A stretch of DNA of 64,000 nucleotides from Botryllus schlosseri (taxonomy: Eukaryota), in the NCBI GenBank assembly GCA_051294905.1, contig CM119372.1:36334001-36398000 (forward strand), given 5' to 3'. Positions 1 through 12,156 of the stretch are shown piece after piece. How positions within the stretch are numbered: the first letter of the stretch is position 1; every line of letters starts with the position of its first letter. The position numbers and the translations under genes are program-made. Under the pieces are notes generated by a model, which had not been told where the DNA came from, did not search any database, and saw only the letters and a list, made by a program, of their open reading frames with translations.

Positions 1-779
1 ATCTCTTTTAGAGATTCAACCATTTCAAACTCGCTAAAATCGTGCGTTGAAAGAATGGGCTGACATGAAATGCTCTCCGGTGTAGGTTTTAGCACTGGCT
101 TTGTCCTGGGGTGTGCGCATATGTAAGGAGTTTTCATAGTCATTATGTAACTGCAAGTTGACGGTTCATCCACTCGTTCTATGTAGGTTTCCAGAGACGA
201 GTCTTCGCATAAAAATCTTACTTCTGTGTCTCGTTTATGATTGATAACATCACATGCAGTACCATTAACATACGTCTGACTGTGATATCTGTTGATTTTG
301 TGCCGTTTTGAATTTATATTCTCCTCCAACGCTTCTTTGTTCCAGTCAAAATCCGATTCATAATACCCAAGATGAGTAATATCCCCCTTTTCACCATTAG
401 CCTCCGAATGGTATTGTAAAATATATCTTCCGTAGCATAGCTCGTAGGTCCACCATCCCTTTATGATCTTAAAACACTCATCTGTCCGCAGAGGTTCCAG
501 TAGAGACTCGACAGGTGTTGACTTGGGTATTTTATCATCTTCTTTTTCGGTCTTTCTCTCTTTTTCGACGGGCAGACTACAAAAATAATCCTGCCCGTGC
601 TTTGAAGCGAGCCTCAAGCCATTTTTATCGAGTATATCGTTCTCGTTTAATGGGTTGTGCAGTATTTGCAAAGCATATTTCGAATTGGTCAATTCATCGA
701 TGTCTAGAAATCCAAGACTGTTCACGAACAGCGCGGAGCAAATACACCATTTCCAAACAGCCCAGTAACCTTGAATCAT
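1..779 (-). CDS. OS9: Protein OS-9 homolog (ER lectin, MRH domain; ERAD). 5' portion only, the reading frame continues past the left edge of the window
   Basis: Open frame from ATG at 779 to the window edge: MIQGYWAVWKWCICSALFVNSLGFLDIDELTNSKYALQIL...SKHGQDYFCSLP...LLEPLRTDECFKIIKGWWTYELCYGRYILQYH...HLGYYESDFDW...RYHSQTYVNGTACD...RDTEVRFLC...YIERVDEPSTCSYIMTMKTPYICAHP. A signal-like N-terminus plus the WWTYExCYG, YHSQTYxNG and VDEPxxCSY motifs are typical of OS-9. Absent from the ORF track because no stop lies inside the window. Confidence 0.95.
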   Translation of the reverse strand, partial: MIQGYWAVWKWCICSALFVNSLGFLDIDELTNSKYALQILHNPLNENDILDKNGLRLASKHGQDYFCSLPVEKERKTEKEDDKIPKSTPVESLLEPLRTDECFKIIKGWWTYELCYGRYILQYHSEANGEKGDITHLGYYESDFDWNKEALEENINSKRHKINRYHSQTYVNGTACDVINHKRDTEVRFLCEDSSLETYIERVDEPSTCSYIMTMKTPYICAHPRTKPVLKPTPESISCQPILSTHDFSEFEMVESLKE

Positions 780-1089
780 GACGTTTTCAACAGCTATAGA
801 CTTTATCTATGAAGTGTATTGCTAAAGAATGTCAAAGAATTAGTGTATCGTAATCGTAATGAACTAAACTGCGATACCCTTTCTCACAGCTGCGCTTGCA
901 GAAGCCTGTATATTTATTATCAAGTTTTGATACAGACGCATTCATGCATGAAATACAATCGTGTCCTAAACTCGCAACAGAATTGGTAGGCTGTTATAAA
1001 TCGACATCGTACGTTTTATAAATATTTTATCGGTTCCTAACACCACACGATCGTCATGCAATGAATCCTTAATAATCCGAGGAAAATTT

Positions 1090-2900
1090 TGCTAAAGTGT
1101 ATCAATCACGCACCTACTACCGCAAGTTTGAATGCCGTCACCCGTGATCAAATGCCCAAAGTGCATGAGTGGACGTCCCATAATAGCCTTCGGGTTAACG
1201 CTGCGAAATCCCAATTATTGGTCGTGAGCTCCTGCGATAACCTAACCGTTGACATCGCTGGCCAACCAATTTCCAACATTAAAATTGCCAAATACGTTGG
1301 TGTTTTACTGGATTCGGACATGTTCTGGAAGAGTCACATACAATCACTCAAACCACTACTATCGAAGGTATGTGGTTTATTTTGCCGCCTCTTAGCTACA
1401 CTCTGCCAGTCAGCGTGCTGTTGATACTCTTCAACACTCTATTCCTATCAAAGTTACAATACGGAATTCTTTGTTCGGGTGCTGCCTGCAAGAATACAAT
1501 TGATCCAATGCAAAAATTTCAACATCGGATCATCCGTATCATTGCCAAAGCCCCACGGGGGCCTAGATTTGCAACTAATAAATCGCTTCTCAGAAGATTT
1601 GGTGTTCTAAACTTAGAAGATATGAGGAAGCTATAAATTGCCAAGTCTATGTATCAGTTCCATTGCGGTCAATGTCCCTCAAATTTCAACGACTACTTTA
1701 TCTCGGAGACAAAAAGCGCAGAAGTAGGGGAGATGTGACGAATGATTTACGTTTTAGGAGGTGTAAAGTAAATTTGGATCGACATTTGCATTTTTCTATA
1801 TCACCATTCAGACTAACAAACCCGCCATAATTTTTGATGTGAGGTATAGGACTTGTATCAAGGTATATAATGGCACATATTTTTTGAATCAATACCATCC
1901 TCCAGTGGACTATTTTCAAGTTAATAACAATATTTATGGGAAGGGGGACCTATGGTACCATAGCCAAATCAAGCAAATTAGATGGCAGAAACTCGCCTAC
2001 ATATATATAGGCTGTAAATCATAGTTACCTGCGGTGTTTTATCGCTATTACGAGGTATTTGAAAGTCAAATGTCGATTTGCGGATAATATGTATGTGGCA
2101 TTAATTTTGTAAATTTAAACGCAAATCAAAACATGATTTTATGCCAACATTTGAGTTGATATAATGTATTTTATTCTTGAAGGTCGCGACGAAACATTCT
2201 TCATTGGCTTGCTGTAGCTTAGCTTATAGTACACAACAAATTAAGTTAACAAATTTGAGTTTTTGAGCGTATGTCTCATAGGTCCCAGGGTCGTGTGCCT
2301 TTGGACCCACCGGGTGGGGACCGATGACACGTTCGAGCAACAAATTTTAAACGTTTATAAATATTTTTGGAAAAGGCGGATATTCATGTAAATGTCCGCG
2401 ATAGGTAGAGCTTGTATCGAAGTGTTGAGCCAGCAAAAGATCTGCTATTCTCGGCTGAAGATTTAAGGGCCAGAGATCATTTTGTAATTTTTGATCCATC
2501 GGTACCACATCTCCCCTACAGCACACGCGCGTCAACGAAGAACAACTACCATATGATCAGGACTGAATACAAGAAACTGCATTGCTCTATCAAGTATGCG
2601 GGACCCCAATTGTGGAACAGCATATCGCCGGCTATCCGACAGTCGTCGAGCATGTCCATGTCCGCATTCAAGTCGAAATACAAGCAATTTATAGCCAGTC
2701 TTCAGGATTACCGGACCACGACCTAACATCGACCTCGCCCTCGGCCACATGCCACCTCATTTTGTCGCTTGCCTTTTATATTCTCTGCATTACTTTTCAT
2801 TCAGTGTGCAACTGTGCATGCCTCTTCTATACTTCGCCTGGGCCAGTGCTTTTCAGCCTTTTTGAGCTCCATTCGCACTTCTATTGTAAAATTAATTTAA
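1090..2900 (+). mobile_element. Degenerate 3' end of a CR1/L2-group non-LTR retrotransposon (RT C-terminal region and 3' UTR), split by a DNA-transposon insertion at 1727-2516
   Basis: Frameshifted peptides KYVGVLLDSDMFWKSHIQSLKPLLSKVCGLFCRL, SKLQYGILCSG..QHRIIRII and YSTRAS..CSIKYAGPQLWNSI..FKSKYK are typical of the post-RT region of CR1/L2-clade ORF2. Confidence 0.8.
1727..2516. mobile_element. Non-autonomous TA-specific DNA transposon (Tc1/mariner/pogo-like), GGGGAGATGTG termini
   Basis: TA|GGGGAGATGTG ... CACATCTCCCC|TA. Removing the element restores the LINE codons AAG TAC AGC ACA (KYST). A related copy starts at 21864. Confidence 0.75.
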
Positions 2901-3340
2901 TTCGCACTAACTAACCGAAAATTGGTATACAAAAAGCAGATGAAGATACTTAACAACGTTATGATCAGATGTGCAACAAATCGGTTACTGCTCTGCACTC
3001 CTATCCAAAATACAACGTATTTTTCGCGAGTAAAAATATGCTTGCTGACACAAAGGTCCCGGAGGCTCCAGTTTGTCGAAAGGGTCAAAAATCCACATGT
3101 TTGTGTTGAGGATTTTGCCTTATGTCTTGTAAAATAAGGTCCAAAACGATCAAGGAGAGTAGGCGCATTAGAGCTCGATACCATATGATATGTTCCTCCA
3201 TCTTGTGTTCTACTTTATTTTCGATTTCCCACTTTTTATCTCGCGAGTAAATATAAGAAGAGCAAGTAAACTCACGATACTGTGTGTTCTACTCTTTCGC
3301 CTTGAGAAATTATAACAGTAAGGCAGCTGTTTAGCCTACC

Positions 3341-4616
3341 CAGCACCGTAACTGCCGCACCCCAAACCCCCCAATTGGGGGAGGCCCGAGCTCGAAGGGG
3401 GCCCAAAATTATTTCGTGAATTAGCATAAATCATAGAGTATTTTTTTGAAAATTTAGGCAATTTTTTCAAAATTTTTTCGCACTGAGCGTGAATTCAAGT
3501 AGTCATTTGTCTTTATTATTGGGTATTTGGCCATTACCGCGCCACGACCTACCAAGACATACAATCAAGTTTTGGCCGTATAACACGCTACTCCAAGAAG
3601 TGTGCCAGAACGATCGGCAGCGAGAAAAGCTTGGCCGAAAAGGTCTATGCCTTTATGCTGACCGAAGACTTCGTTATATATACAAAATACATATAGGCTT
3701 AATTGTCCATAGGCGCCTAAATGACTGGCGCCGAATGTTGCTGTCTTTGCAATCTGAACCTCACAAGACAAATACCATCCCGCTGGTAAACATTTTATGC
3801 CAGTGAAGAAATACCAATTTGAAATCGTGTGCGTCTCTTAGTTTAGAAGCTCACGTTATGGGCGATTCTATATTTTTTGTTATAGCAGACTGGAAGTCAC
3901 GAAATAGCATGTAACGAAGTCATATCAACGGGTCCGCCCGCTGAAGATGTTTAATTATATTATTACGGGCCCTCCCGTTTTCAAGACACTTCACTCGGCT
4001 CTACCGGTGAATCTAATTACGTGAGTAGCGAGGACAATAAATTGATAGCATAATATATATGCAATCGCCGATCTGATTGATCGATTTTATCATAAATTAT
4101 CGAAAATTTTCGCGCTTCGCGCTGCCTCACAATAAAGTACAGATGATTTCGTGACAAAAGCGAACAACGTGATGGGGGGGGTCGTTTTTACACCCTATGG
4201 GAGCCCAAGACCCACGTTTTTGGGGGCCTGACGAGGTACTGTTTCGTTCCTGCCAATGGGTATACGCCCGAAGATGTTTAATTGTTATTGAGTCGTCCGA
4301 CCTTTCAAACACACCTCACTCAGCTCTACCGGCAAATCTGATTACGTGAGCAGAGAGAAGATAAAAATTGATTACAATATATATGCAATTCCCGCCCATA
4401 ATCATGAATTCTAGAAATTTTCCGCGCTTCGCGCGCTTAGGCGACAAAAGGCCATTGATTAAACAAACTCCCAACAATATGATAAATAGCGGTAAACAGG
4501 GTATCGCGGGAGGGGGGTCTGGGGGGCGAAGCCCCCCAGAAGTTCGGCCTATAACCCTATGGGGGGCCCAAGACCAAAGTTTTGGGGGGGCCTGACGAAG
4601 TGCTGTTACGGCCCTG
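3341..4616. mobile_element. hAT-type non-autonomous element with internal direct repeats
   Basis: Termini CAGCACCGTAAC / GTTACGGCCCTG with a perfect 8-bp TSD AGCCTACC (3333-3340, 4617-4624). A shorter inverted copy lies at 29145-29892. Confidence 0.8.
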
Positions 4617-4716
4617 AGCCTACCACCAAAATCTGAGTTTCTGTGATCTCTCGCGACCCGAGCCTCATCCGACCCAAGCGTCATCCGACCCGAGCCTCAT
4701 CCATGAAAAGGAATTC

Positions 4717-4885
4717 TTTGAACAGCTTCTTGGAGGTACAGAACTTCAATATACAATTGAATAGTATATATTCGTATTGAAATGAACCCGAATATTTTTT
4801 CAATTATCTACTAATTGCTGACGATTACCCCGACGAATGTAAGCCGAAAATATTCGGGTTCATTTCAATATGAATATACTATTCA
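4717..4885. mobile_element. Short Penelope-like inverted element with a degenerate hammerhead motif (copy A)
   Basis: Inverted arms (ttgaatagtata..ttgaaatgaacccgaatatttt / aaaatattcgggttcatttcaatatgaatatactattcaa), an unpaired ~30-nt tail, and an 11-bp flanking duplication AAAAGGAATTC (4706-4716, 4886-4896). Confidence 0.7.
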
Positions 4886-6049
4886 AAAAGGAATTCATTT
4901 TTAATATTACAGTATCGCGCTACGATTTCACGGACATGAATGACATACAGAATTCGCACACCATAATTCCACCCAACACAGTTCGATCTATACAAAACAT
5001 GTCTGACGCACGCGATTTACAATCAGGGTGAATTAAATTCCTCTGCGTGTCGCAGTTGTACTACTGTAACTACTGTGCACTGAGATTGCAAGAACGGGAC
5101 TATTCCGTGCCGAAACGGATCATATCCATTTCGAGAGGTTCGGCCATACAGCAGCGGTCATTTTTGACCAAGGTTTTGTCGCTGCTTATGTTTTGACACC
5201 GCATTTTATCAGCGGTTTGTTGGCCAAAACTTAACGTCTTCATGTGCAGCGATACAGAAGTGGTTTGGTTTGGTTGGATTGGGTTGGCCCCGAAATGAAT
5301 GAGTCTCATAGGCCTGAACTGGTTCGTTGCTATGCTCACCGCTACACTAGTTCATCACAACGGTCTTCGACCATGTATTCCCGAAAAACCAGTCGGACAA
5401 ATCTTATAATGAATTCTCATGATAAGCCATATTTTTGCGCGTCTCGCTTATTGGCTACAGTACCAAACACAGCGACTTGGATATGTAAAAACTATGGCAG
5501 GATTTTTTGCAATCAATTCAACAAATATTACATACATATCAACAGATAGCTCTGGCACCGTGTCGACGCTAAATTATACCCTTTGCGGTCCATACTTTAA
5601 TAAGCCTTGAAGGGGTAAAAATTTGCGTTACAGTAACTTGCAAATGTGCGTCTGTAATGATGGTACTATATACTCGTGCCTCGCGCTGATCGAACGGTTA
5701 TCACGGCAATATGATGATTGTTTATAGCGAAAGACAGTAGAAAATCAATTTGACGTCATTTTTTTCAGCCTGTCGCAGGCTTGTGAGAGCTACGATTAGT
5801 GGTGCGTCGGAAGTTGAACAAGTTTTTCAATTGCGTCTCAACTACAAAAGTTACAGTGCCCTTGGATTTCCTATTAGGTTTATTTGAATTATGCCACGTC
5901 AAAAAATTATAAATAATTATACACAATTTCATTCGCACCCATCCTGATTTTCCATTCGCACCATTCGCATCACCTTCGTCATTCGCACTGCAATTATTTT
6001 CAGTCGCACAAGTGTGAACCGTCACAAAGGTTGAAAAGCACTGGCCTAC

Positions 6050-6690
6050 GCCAAGATAGGTGTCTGATTTCAAAGACTACTCCAAGTCGTTTCGACACAT
6101 TCCTATCTTTTCATTGTATCGCAGTTTTGTGGTGTTTTGAAATGATGAAAATATCAATAAACTTATACCGATACTGACAATCAAACCGCATTTCGTCGTT
6201 TTTCGAGCAGTGACTCTCGGTTACAACTTTTAATTTCAGTCATAACGAACAGAAAAATATGTTCGTATGCCCACTTGTTTATGAGTTGATTTGAAGCAAA
6301 TCTAATAACTTATTTGCGACATAGCAGCCCAATTTTGATGTGGACGTTATCCCACTCATCGGCAATGCCATGATTGGTTTCATGGACATGGTTACATCTG
6401 TTTATTTATCAGCTATTGAAGAAGTTTGGCCGCTTTGAAGTCGGATATGCTTATATGCCTAACTGTAGTATTTTCAATATTAAGCAATCATTGTTCAAAA
6501 GACTCGTGGCACATCTGAGAATCTGCGTGCCGCGGCATCCAGTTTGGTAATCACTGGTTCAGGTACTGGTTCGTTTTACTAGCATTTTTGTCAATTCGCG
6601 ATACCACAACATTGCGACAAAATGAAGAGATAGAGGAAGGTGTTGAAACGGATTGGAGTCGTCCTTCAATCAGACACACACCTTGCCATT
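6050..6690. repeat. Inverted-repeat element of the GGCAAGGTGGGTGTCTGAT family
   Basis: 6050-6150 and 6600-6690 are diverged reverse complements. The same sequence forms a palindrome at ~37590-37815. Confidence 0.55.
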
Positions 6691-7201
6691 ATTGCGAATA
6701 CAAAGACTCCGCGATTTCCACGCCATAATACGTAAACATTTTCTGCCAAAATCACAGCAGCGGTTGGTGTTTTTCGCCCCGTCCCGTGCGTTGCGTTTGT
6801 TATCTATTCCCCTGGAGATTTTCACATCAAGTGTGGTCAACAAACTGGTGGCTCATTCGTACTGTTTTGATGAATGCATTGACTTTGCTACAGAAATTCT
6901 TCCACGCATTCACTAGATATGCACGATCGGATGTAGTTGACGTCAAGGACTATTCCAAGTACAGGCCGAGGTGATTCTATAATCACTGCCGATTCAGTTT
7001 CCAGACATGTTTCGGGTCATTGATATCGTTGACTTGATGTAACGTACCGTGTAGATCGCTTTCAAGTATCGAAGGCTGTTCAGGAAAAAAAACACTTAGG
7101 CGTAATCGTCATCAATGCAGTGAGTTGATGAATGGAAACACACCACACCGTACAGAGTGCAGCCTCTCCCCTGTACAGAGAGTACTCTCCTCCTTTCGAA
7201 C

Positions 7202-7287
7202 TGACGCAATTGGCAATATCGTTTTCCGGATATGTGGATGTATTTTAGGGAGTTTTCTAACCCTCTGTTGATAGTTAGTCTATAAAA
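7202..7287 (+). promoter_or_regulatory. Putative promoter of the Cys-rich peptide gene (TATA box, kB-like and C/EBP-ATF-like sites)
   Basis: TATAAAA at 7281-7287. GGGAGTTTTC at 7248-7257 is one mismatch from GGGRNWYYCC. TGACGCAAT at 7202-7210. These short motifs could be chance matches. Confidence 0.3.
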
Positions 7288-7455
7288 TCGTCGACGTGTA
7301 CTAAAAGTCGACAAAACGCGCCATCTGCGCTTAACAGGGACGAACGACGGTTATTATTACAGATCGTGGACGTGGATTTTATTCTTCGATAGGACATTTA
7401 GCACATCATGTTTTTCGCGTTAGCAGATCTTCGTTAAAAAACAGCATATATAAAG

Positions 7456-8382
7456 ATGAAACTCTGCTGTATTGTTTTGGTGATTGTGTATTCGTCATTG
7501 ATGCTGACTCAAATACTGGCTAAACGGACAAGACCTAGAGGCAGAGGTATAAGTATGATTTATTTCTTATGATAACTTCATTGCTGTATGCGAGAATGGA
7601 TTGCTGTGACTCAGCTCTTACAAGGAAATAGCAATTGCGAACGGCTCATTTATATTCGATTTAACAATACGTCTGTGGTTGACCGGTTATGCCCGACATT
7701 GACCAAACCTTAACTTATTGACCCAGCCTTAACTTATTGACCCATATGCCACGTTATCGTGTCGTATGCTCATTGCGCATATGTCCATGTTTGTCCTCTG
7801 TCCAGTTGCCCACGGAACAGATGATAATGCCAATGTATCCGTAAATATTCCTATTGTATGTTTCTAAGCAATAGTCTATTCTCTATCATTCATTGTTTGC
7901 TTATTTGTTTTGTGGCATTCATGGTGTTTGTCGACTATAATGGTCATTTACAGCAGGCCGTAACTCTTCATTTTTATTCCGTAACTGCCGACTTGTAGCA
8001 TATATGGCCCACTTCTAGACTTTTTGGAAGACACCGCTTACGCGATAATAAATTGCCATGATAAATTATTATTGCAGAACCACGTGAAGATGGACTTTGA
8101 TATGATATTTATTCTTTTCATAGTGACATGCAGGACCAATAAAGACTGTCCGTCCGACTCCTATTATTGCAACGTTCGCAAAAACGTATGCTATCCAAGT
8201 CAGTATTCGCAGAAGGGGAGTATCAAAACACTCATAAATTGACATTATTAATCTTGTTTATTAATCTAACAGAACGCTGCTCTGCCCAAAGCCCCAAATG
8301 CCCGAGAGACTACTACTGCAACGTCCGTCGTGGGGTATGCTACCCAGGAAGAAAAGATCACAGAAACCGCTTGCCGAAGTGA
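7456..8382 (+). CDS. Novel small secreted cationic cysteine-rich precursor, 91 aa, with two tandem 4-Cys modules (candidate antimicrobial/defence peptide)
   Basis: Exons 7456-7546, 8124-8198 and 8273-8382 are joined by GT-AG introns, both phase 1, total 276 nt in frame: MKLCCIVLVIVYSSLMLTQILA-KRTRPRGRVTCRTNKDCPSDSYYCNVRKNVCYP-KRCSAQSPKCPRDYYCNVRRGVCYP-GRKDHRNRLPK*. Hydrophobic signal peptide. Both modules share YYCNVRxxVCYP. An alternative in-frame donor exists after 7552. Confidence 0.85.
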
Positions 8383-8782
8383 TGTTATCTCTGTCGAAGT
8401 CTGTCCTGCTAGTGCTGGCTTATTTATATTCCAGGCCTTCGCCGTATCATATTCATTCATGCGCCGACTATATATCCGACTGCCATGCATGTGAATGTAT
8501 ATATTGGAAAATGATAATTTTTGTACTCAAGAAACGGATGAAATAATAATCTGAGCCTAGAAAATCTGGAAATATCACAATATTTAGGGAAAACCAAGTA
8601 CTTTTTACTCTTTTATGTGTGAAATAGTTGCAAGAACCGCGTGAAATAACCCATGTATAACGGTAGATTAATATATGTTCTCACGTTGTACTGATTTGTA
8701 GTGTCACACAGCCGGTGTGCGTCAGTTGCGACGATACATCTTGCAATTCGAAAGCAGCCACCTCCGATGAACGGCTAATAGT

Positions 8783-10776
8783 TAAGGATGGTGCGAATCT
8801 CTTAAAAGTCCAGGTTCGTGTGAACGCGAACCTTTTTGAAAGGTTCTGTGTGAACGCGAACGTGAATCTCATGACGTCACGTGACGCCATATTGCCAATT
8901 GCAACCCTAAATTTCAGTGAAATGATAGCCTATATTGATGTACTGTACACGATACCAAGCGACGACTCGGGCCACATAATGCTACAATGCTGAAGTACAT
9001 ATTGACGTTTTAAATGTCGCCAAATGTATTAACTGAGGCAATCATATGATATAATAATCCCATAAAATCAGTATCTTCCGTCGCTATGCCAACAATTTCG
9101 ACGAGGACTTGCAAGGGAATATACGCTTACAGCCAGACCGGAAAATATATTCGACGTCTGAGTATTGCTACGTTGATATCGAGCACAGTGTAAAACGGGC
9201 TTCTATACTATCTACCGATACTAACCCATTAACAAGTTATACAGCAGTTACCAACATCCCAATCGCACGGATTTGTTTTTTATGATACTATAAAGATATG
9301 AAATCAAGATTGACACCGTACGCCTGCCAGATTTTTTACATCAGAAAACTATATCAATTTCATTGACTGGTTGAATAAGCAACGTTCGCAAGTATAGTGT
9401 GTTTCGCTCTTGATGTTGTGTGAGTGTGGGACAAGCTCGCAGCAGAGAGTCGCTAAATATTCACAAAAGTTAAGTTTGATTATTTCTAGCAAACTTTTGT
9501 AACAAAACAAGTCAAATATCTAAAATTTTCAAGGTGCATGTTCGTTTAGTGTTGATTTATTATGCTGCCAGTGCCATGCATGGAGTAGGCCGCAGTTGAA
9601 ATGTAATATATTTTAACCAGAGATGTTATACAATGAAGTGAAAATTGTGATATATGAAAAAGGTTCACAGTAGGGATGGTGTGAACCTCTGAAAGGTTCA
9701 GGTTCGTGTGAACGCGAACCTTTTTGAAAGGTTCTGTGTGAACGCGAACGTGAAACTCGTGACGTCACGTGACGTCATATTGCTAATTCCAACCCCATCT
9801 TTCAATGAAGTGATAGCCTATATTAATGTACACGATACCTAGCGACGACTCGGGCCACATAATGCCACAATGCTGAAGTACATTTTGGCGTTTTAAACGT
9901 CGCTAAATGTATCAACTGAGGCAATCAAATGATATAATACTCCCATAAAATCAATATCATCCGTCGCTTTGCCAATAATTTCGACGAGGAGTAGCCAGGG
10001 AATATAAGCTTACGCCTTAACGGTCTTGACCAGACCGGGCATGCAATGTATTCGGTGCATGAGTATTGCTACATTGATATTGGGCAGAGTGTAAAACAGG
10101 TTTTTACACTTGCTACCGATATTAGGCTACCCCAAAAAGTAGCCAACACCTTAATCGCACGGGTTTGGTTTTAATGATACAGTAAACATATGAAGTGAAG
10201 ATTGACCCCGTACGCTAGCTAGATTTGTTACATCAAAAAACGATATCGATCTCATTGATTGGTTGAATAAGCATCATTCGCTTTCTACATGTTATGTATG
10301 TCGCTCGTGATGTTGTGTGATTGCGGGTCGAGCTCACAGCGGAGAGTCACTAAATAATCACAAACGGAAAGTTGGATATTTCAAGCAAAATTTTGTAACA
10401 AAGCAAGTAAAATCTTTGAGATTATCAAGGTGCATGCTCGTTTAGAGTTGGTTTTTTGTGCTGCCGACGTCATTCATAGAGTGGCCCGCAGTTGAAATGC
10501 AATAAATTCGAACCAAGGATGTCATTATGAAGTGAAAATTGTAATATATGAAAACGGTTCACAGTGTAGAACCTACCAAGGTTCTGTTGTGAACGCGAAC
10601 CTCTAAGTTCCCGAGGTTCACACACAGGACGCGAACGTGAACCTCGCGTTTACACCATCCCTAGTTCACAGTGCAGAACCTACGAAGGTTCGTTTGTGAA
10701 CGCGAACCTCTAAATTTCAGAGGTTCACACACTGAACGCGAACGCGAACGTGAACCTCACGTTCCTACCATCCCCA
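8783..10776. mobile_element. hAT non-autonomous element (TAGGGATGG / GTGAACGCGAAC family), outer copy
   Basis: Termini TAAGGATGGT / ACCATCCCCA, 8-bp TSD CTAATAGT (8775-8782, 10777-10784), subterminal GTGAACGCGAAC repeats. Confidence 0.85.
9671..10663. mobile_element. Full copy of the same hAT family inserted inside the outer copy
   Basis: Termini TAGGGATGGTGT / ACACCATCCCTA, 8-bp TSD GTTCACAG (9663-9670, 10664-10671). Colinear with 8783-9670. Confidence 0.9.
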
Positions 10777-12156
10777 CTAATAGTACGCGACCCCCCTCCA
10801 AAACTACTTTTGAAACTTGAATATTTTCAAACCTATCATTTCCCGATTCCCCACATCTTGGAAATGACTTCTTCCACTTGTAATTAATAGCAATTGAAGG
10901 CGTAACTTCTACATCTTGTACATCCCTGACTACTTAGGCCACATCTGGTGTCAAGACAAGCGAACGAGTGCGGGTTCTGCGTTTTTACTGTGACGACTTG
11001 TTCGCTACGAGACTGCTGAGTGCTGATATGTGCTCAACAGTACATGCAATCTGATCATTCAGTTGCAACTCGATGCGATGGGAATTGGGGTGTTGTTATG
11101 GATGGGCAATTGGCAGACAAATTAAATATTTAGTTAATTGATGGTCAACTAACCAACTATTTTTGAGTAGTTTTAGTTCTAGTTCTAGTTGCTGATTTTG
11201 AAAATTCAGTAGTTGTAGTTGTAGTTCTAGTTGCACATTTGAAAAAAATATTATTGCCGAACAACTAGAAAACACGTGTCGCGGTTTTGGGCGAATTGAG
11301 ATGCCGGTGTTCTGTTGAATCATGTTTGTGCAGACATTGCTCGCTCAGATCAATCACTTCTAACAGTGGCGTAGCCAGCGAATGGCTTCGTGGGCTCGGA
11401 ATCTCTCCCATTTCAAACTCGAAACCCCGTCTTTTGATATTTCCGATAAAATAAAAAAAATTAATGTGTTGACTAGGAGAATGAAATCCAGTTCTGTACG
11501 GTTCTAAACCTTTAATGGCTTGGGGACCCCTACGTCACAGATCCGCAATGGTAAACAAGAAACATGGTTAACTCTTTTTAATCACACCCACCCATTAACA
11601 CGTCTTTTTAAAAGACACTAAAATGTATGGGATGTTACACCTTGGTCACTATCCCGAGCAGTGTGTAGCTTATTGGTAAAATCACCCAGTTGTTAAATTA
11701 ATTTCGCTGGCAGGTTTCCCGACTTAAATTAATCTATGTTATATCGACTTTATTATGAATATAGAATACGGCAGGGATCGGCTACCCCTGGCACGCGTGC
11801 AAAAAGTGGCACGCAAGATGATTTTTTATGGCCGCGCGCTGAATGATTTGATGTGCAGTATTATAATCATGTTTCTTGCAAAAAGTGGAACAGAAGTTTT
11901 CAAAATGGAAAAAGCTCGAAGGTGAATCGAAATTATTTTATAAATCAACATAAAGTATACAGGTTCTTTTGGGACAGATTTTATTTTTCTTCAAAATTTC
12001 TCCGCACTTTCCACGTATAGTCCTAATTTGGCCCGCGGGCCGTAAAATGCCCAGGTCTGCCCTACGCTAATCTACAAGCCTTCGGAGAACCCCTAATTTT
12101 CATTGAGTCACAAAACAAAAGCCTACCGCTTGAGTGCATTCTACATGTGTTGTAAA

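Noticed and set aside
4654..4702. 3 x 16-bp tandem repeat CGACCCGAGCCTCATC
   Set aside because: Ordinary minisatellite with no supporting context.
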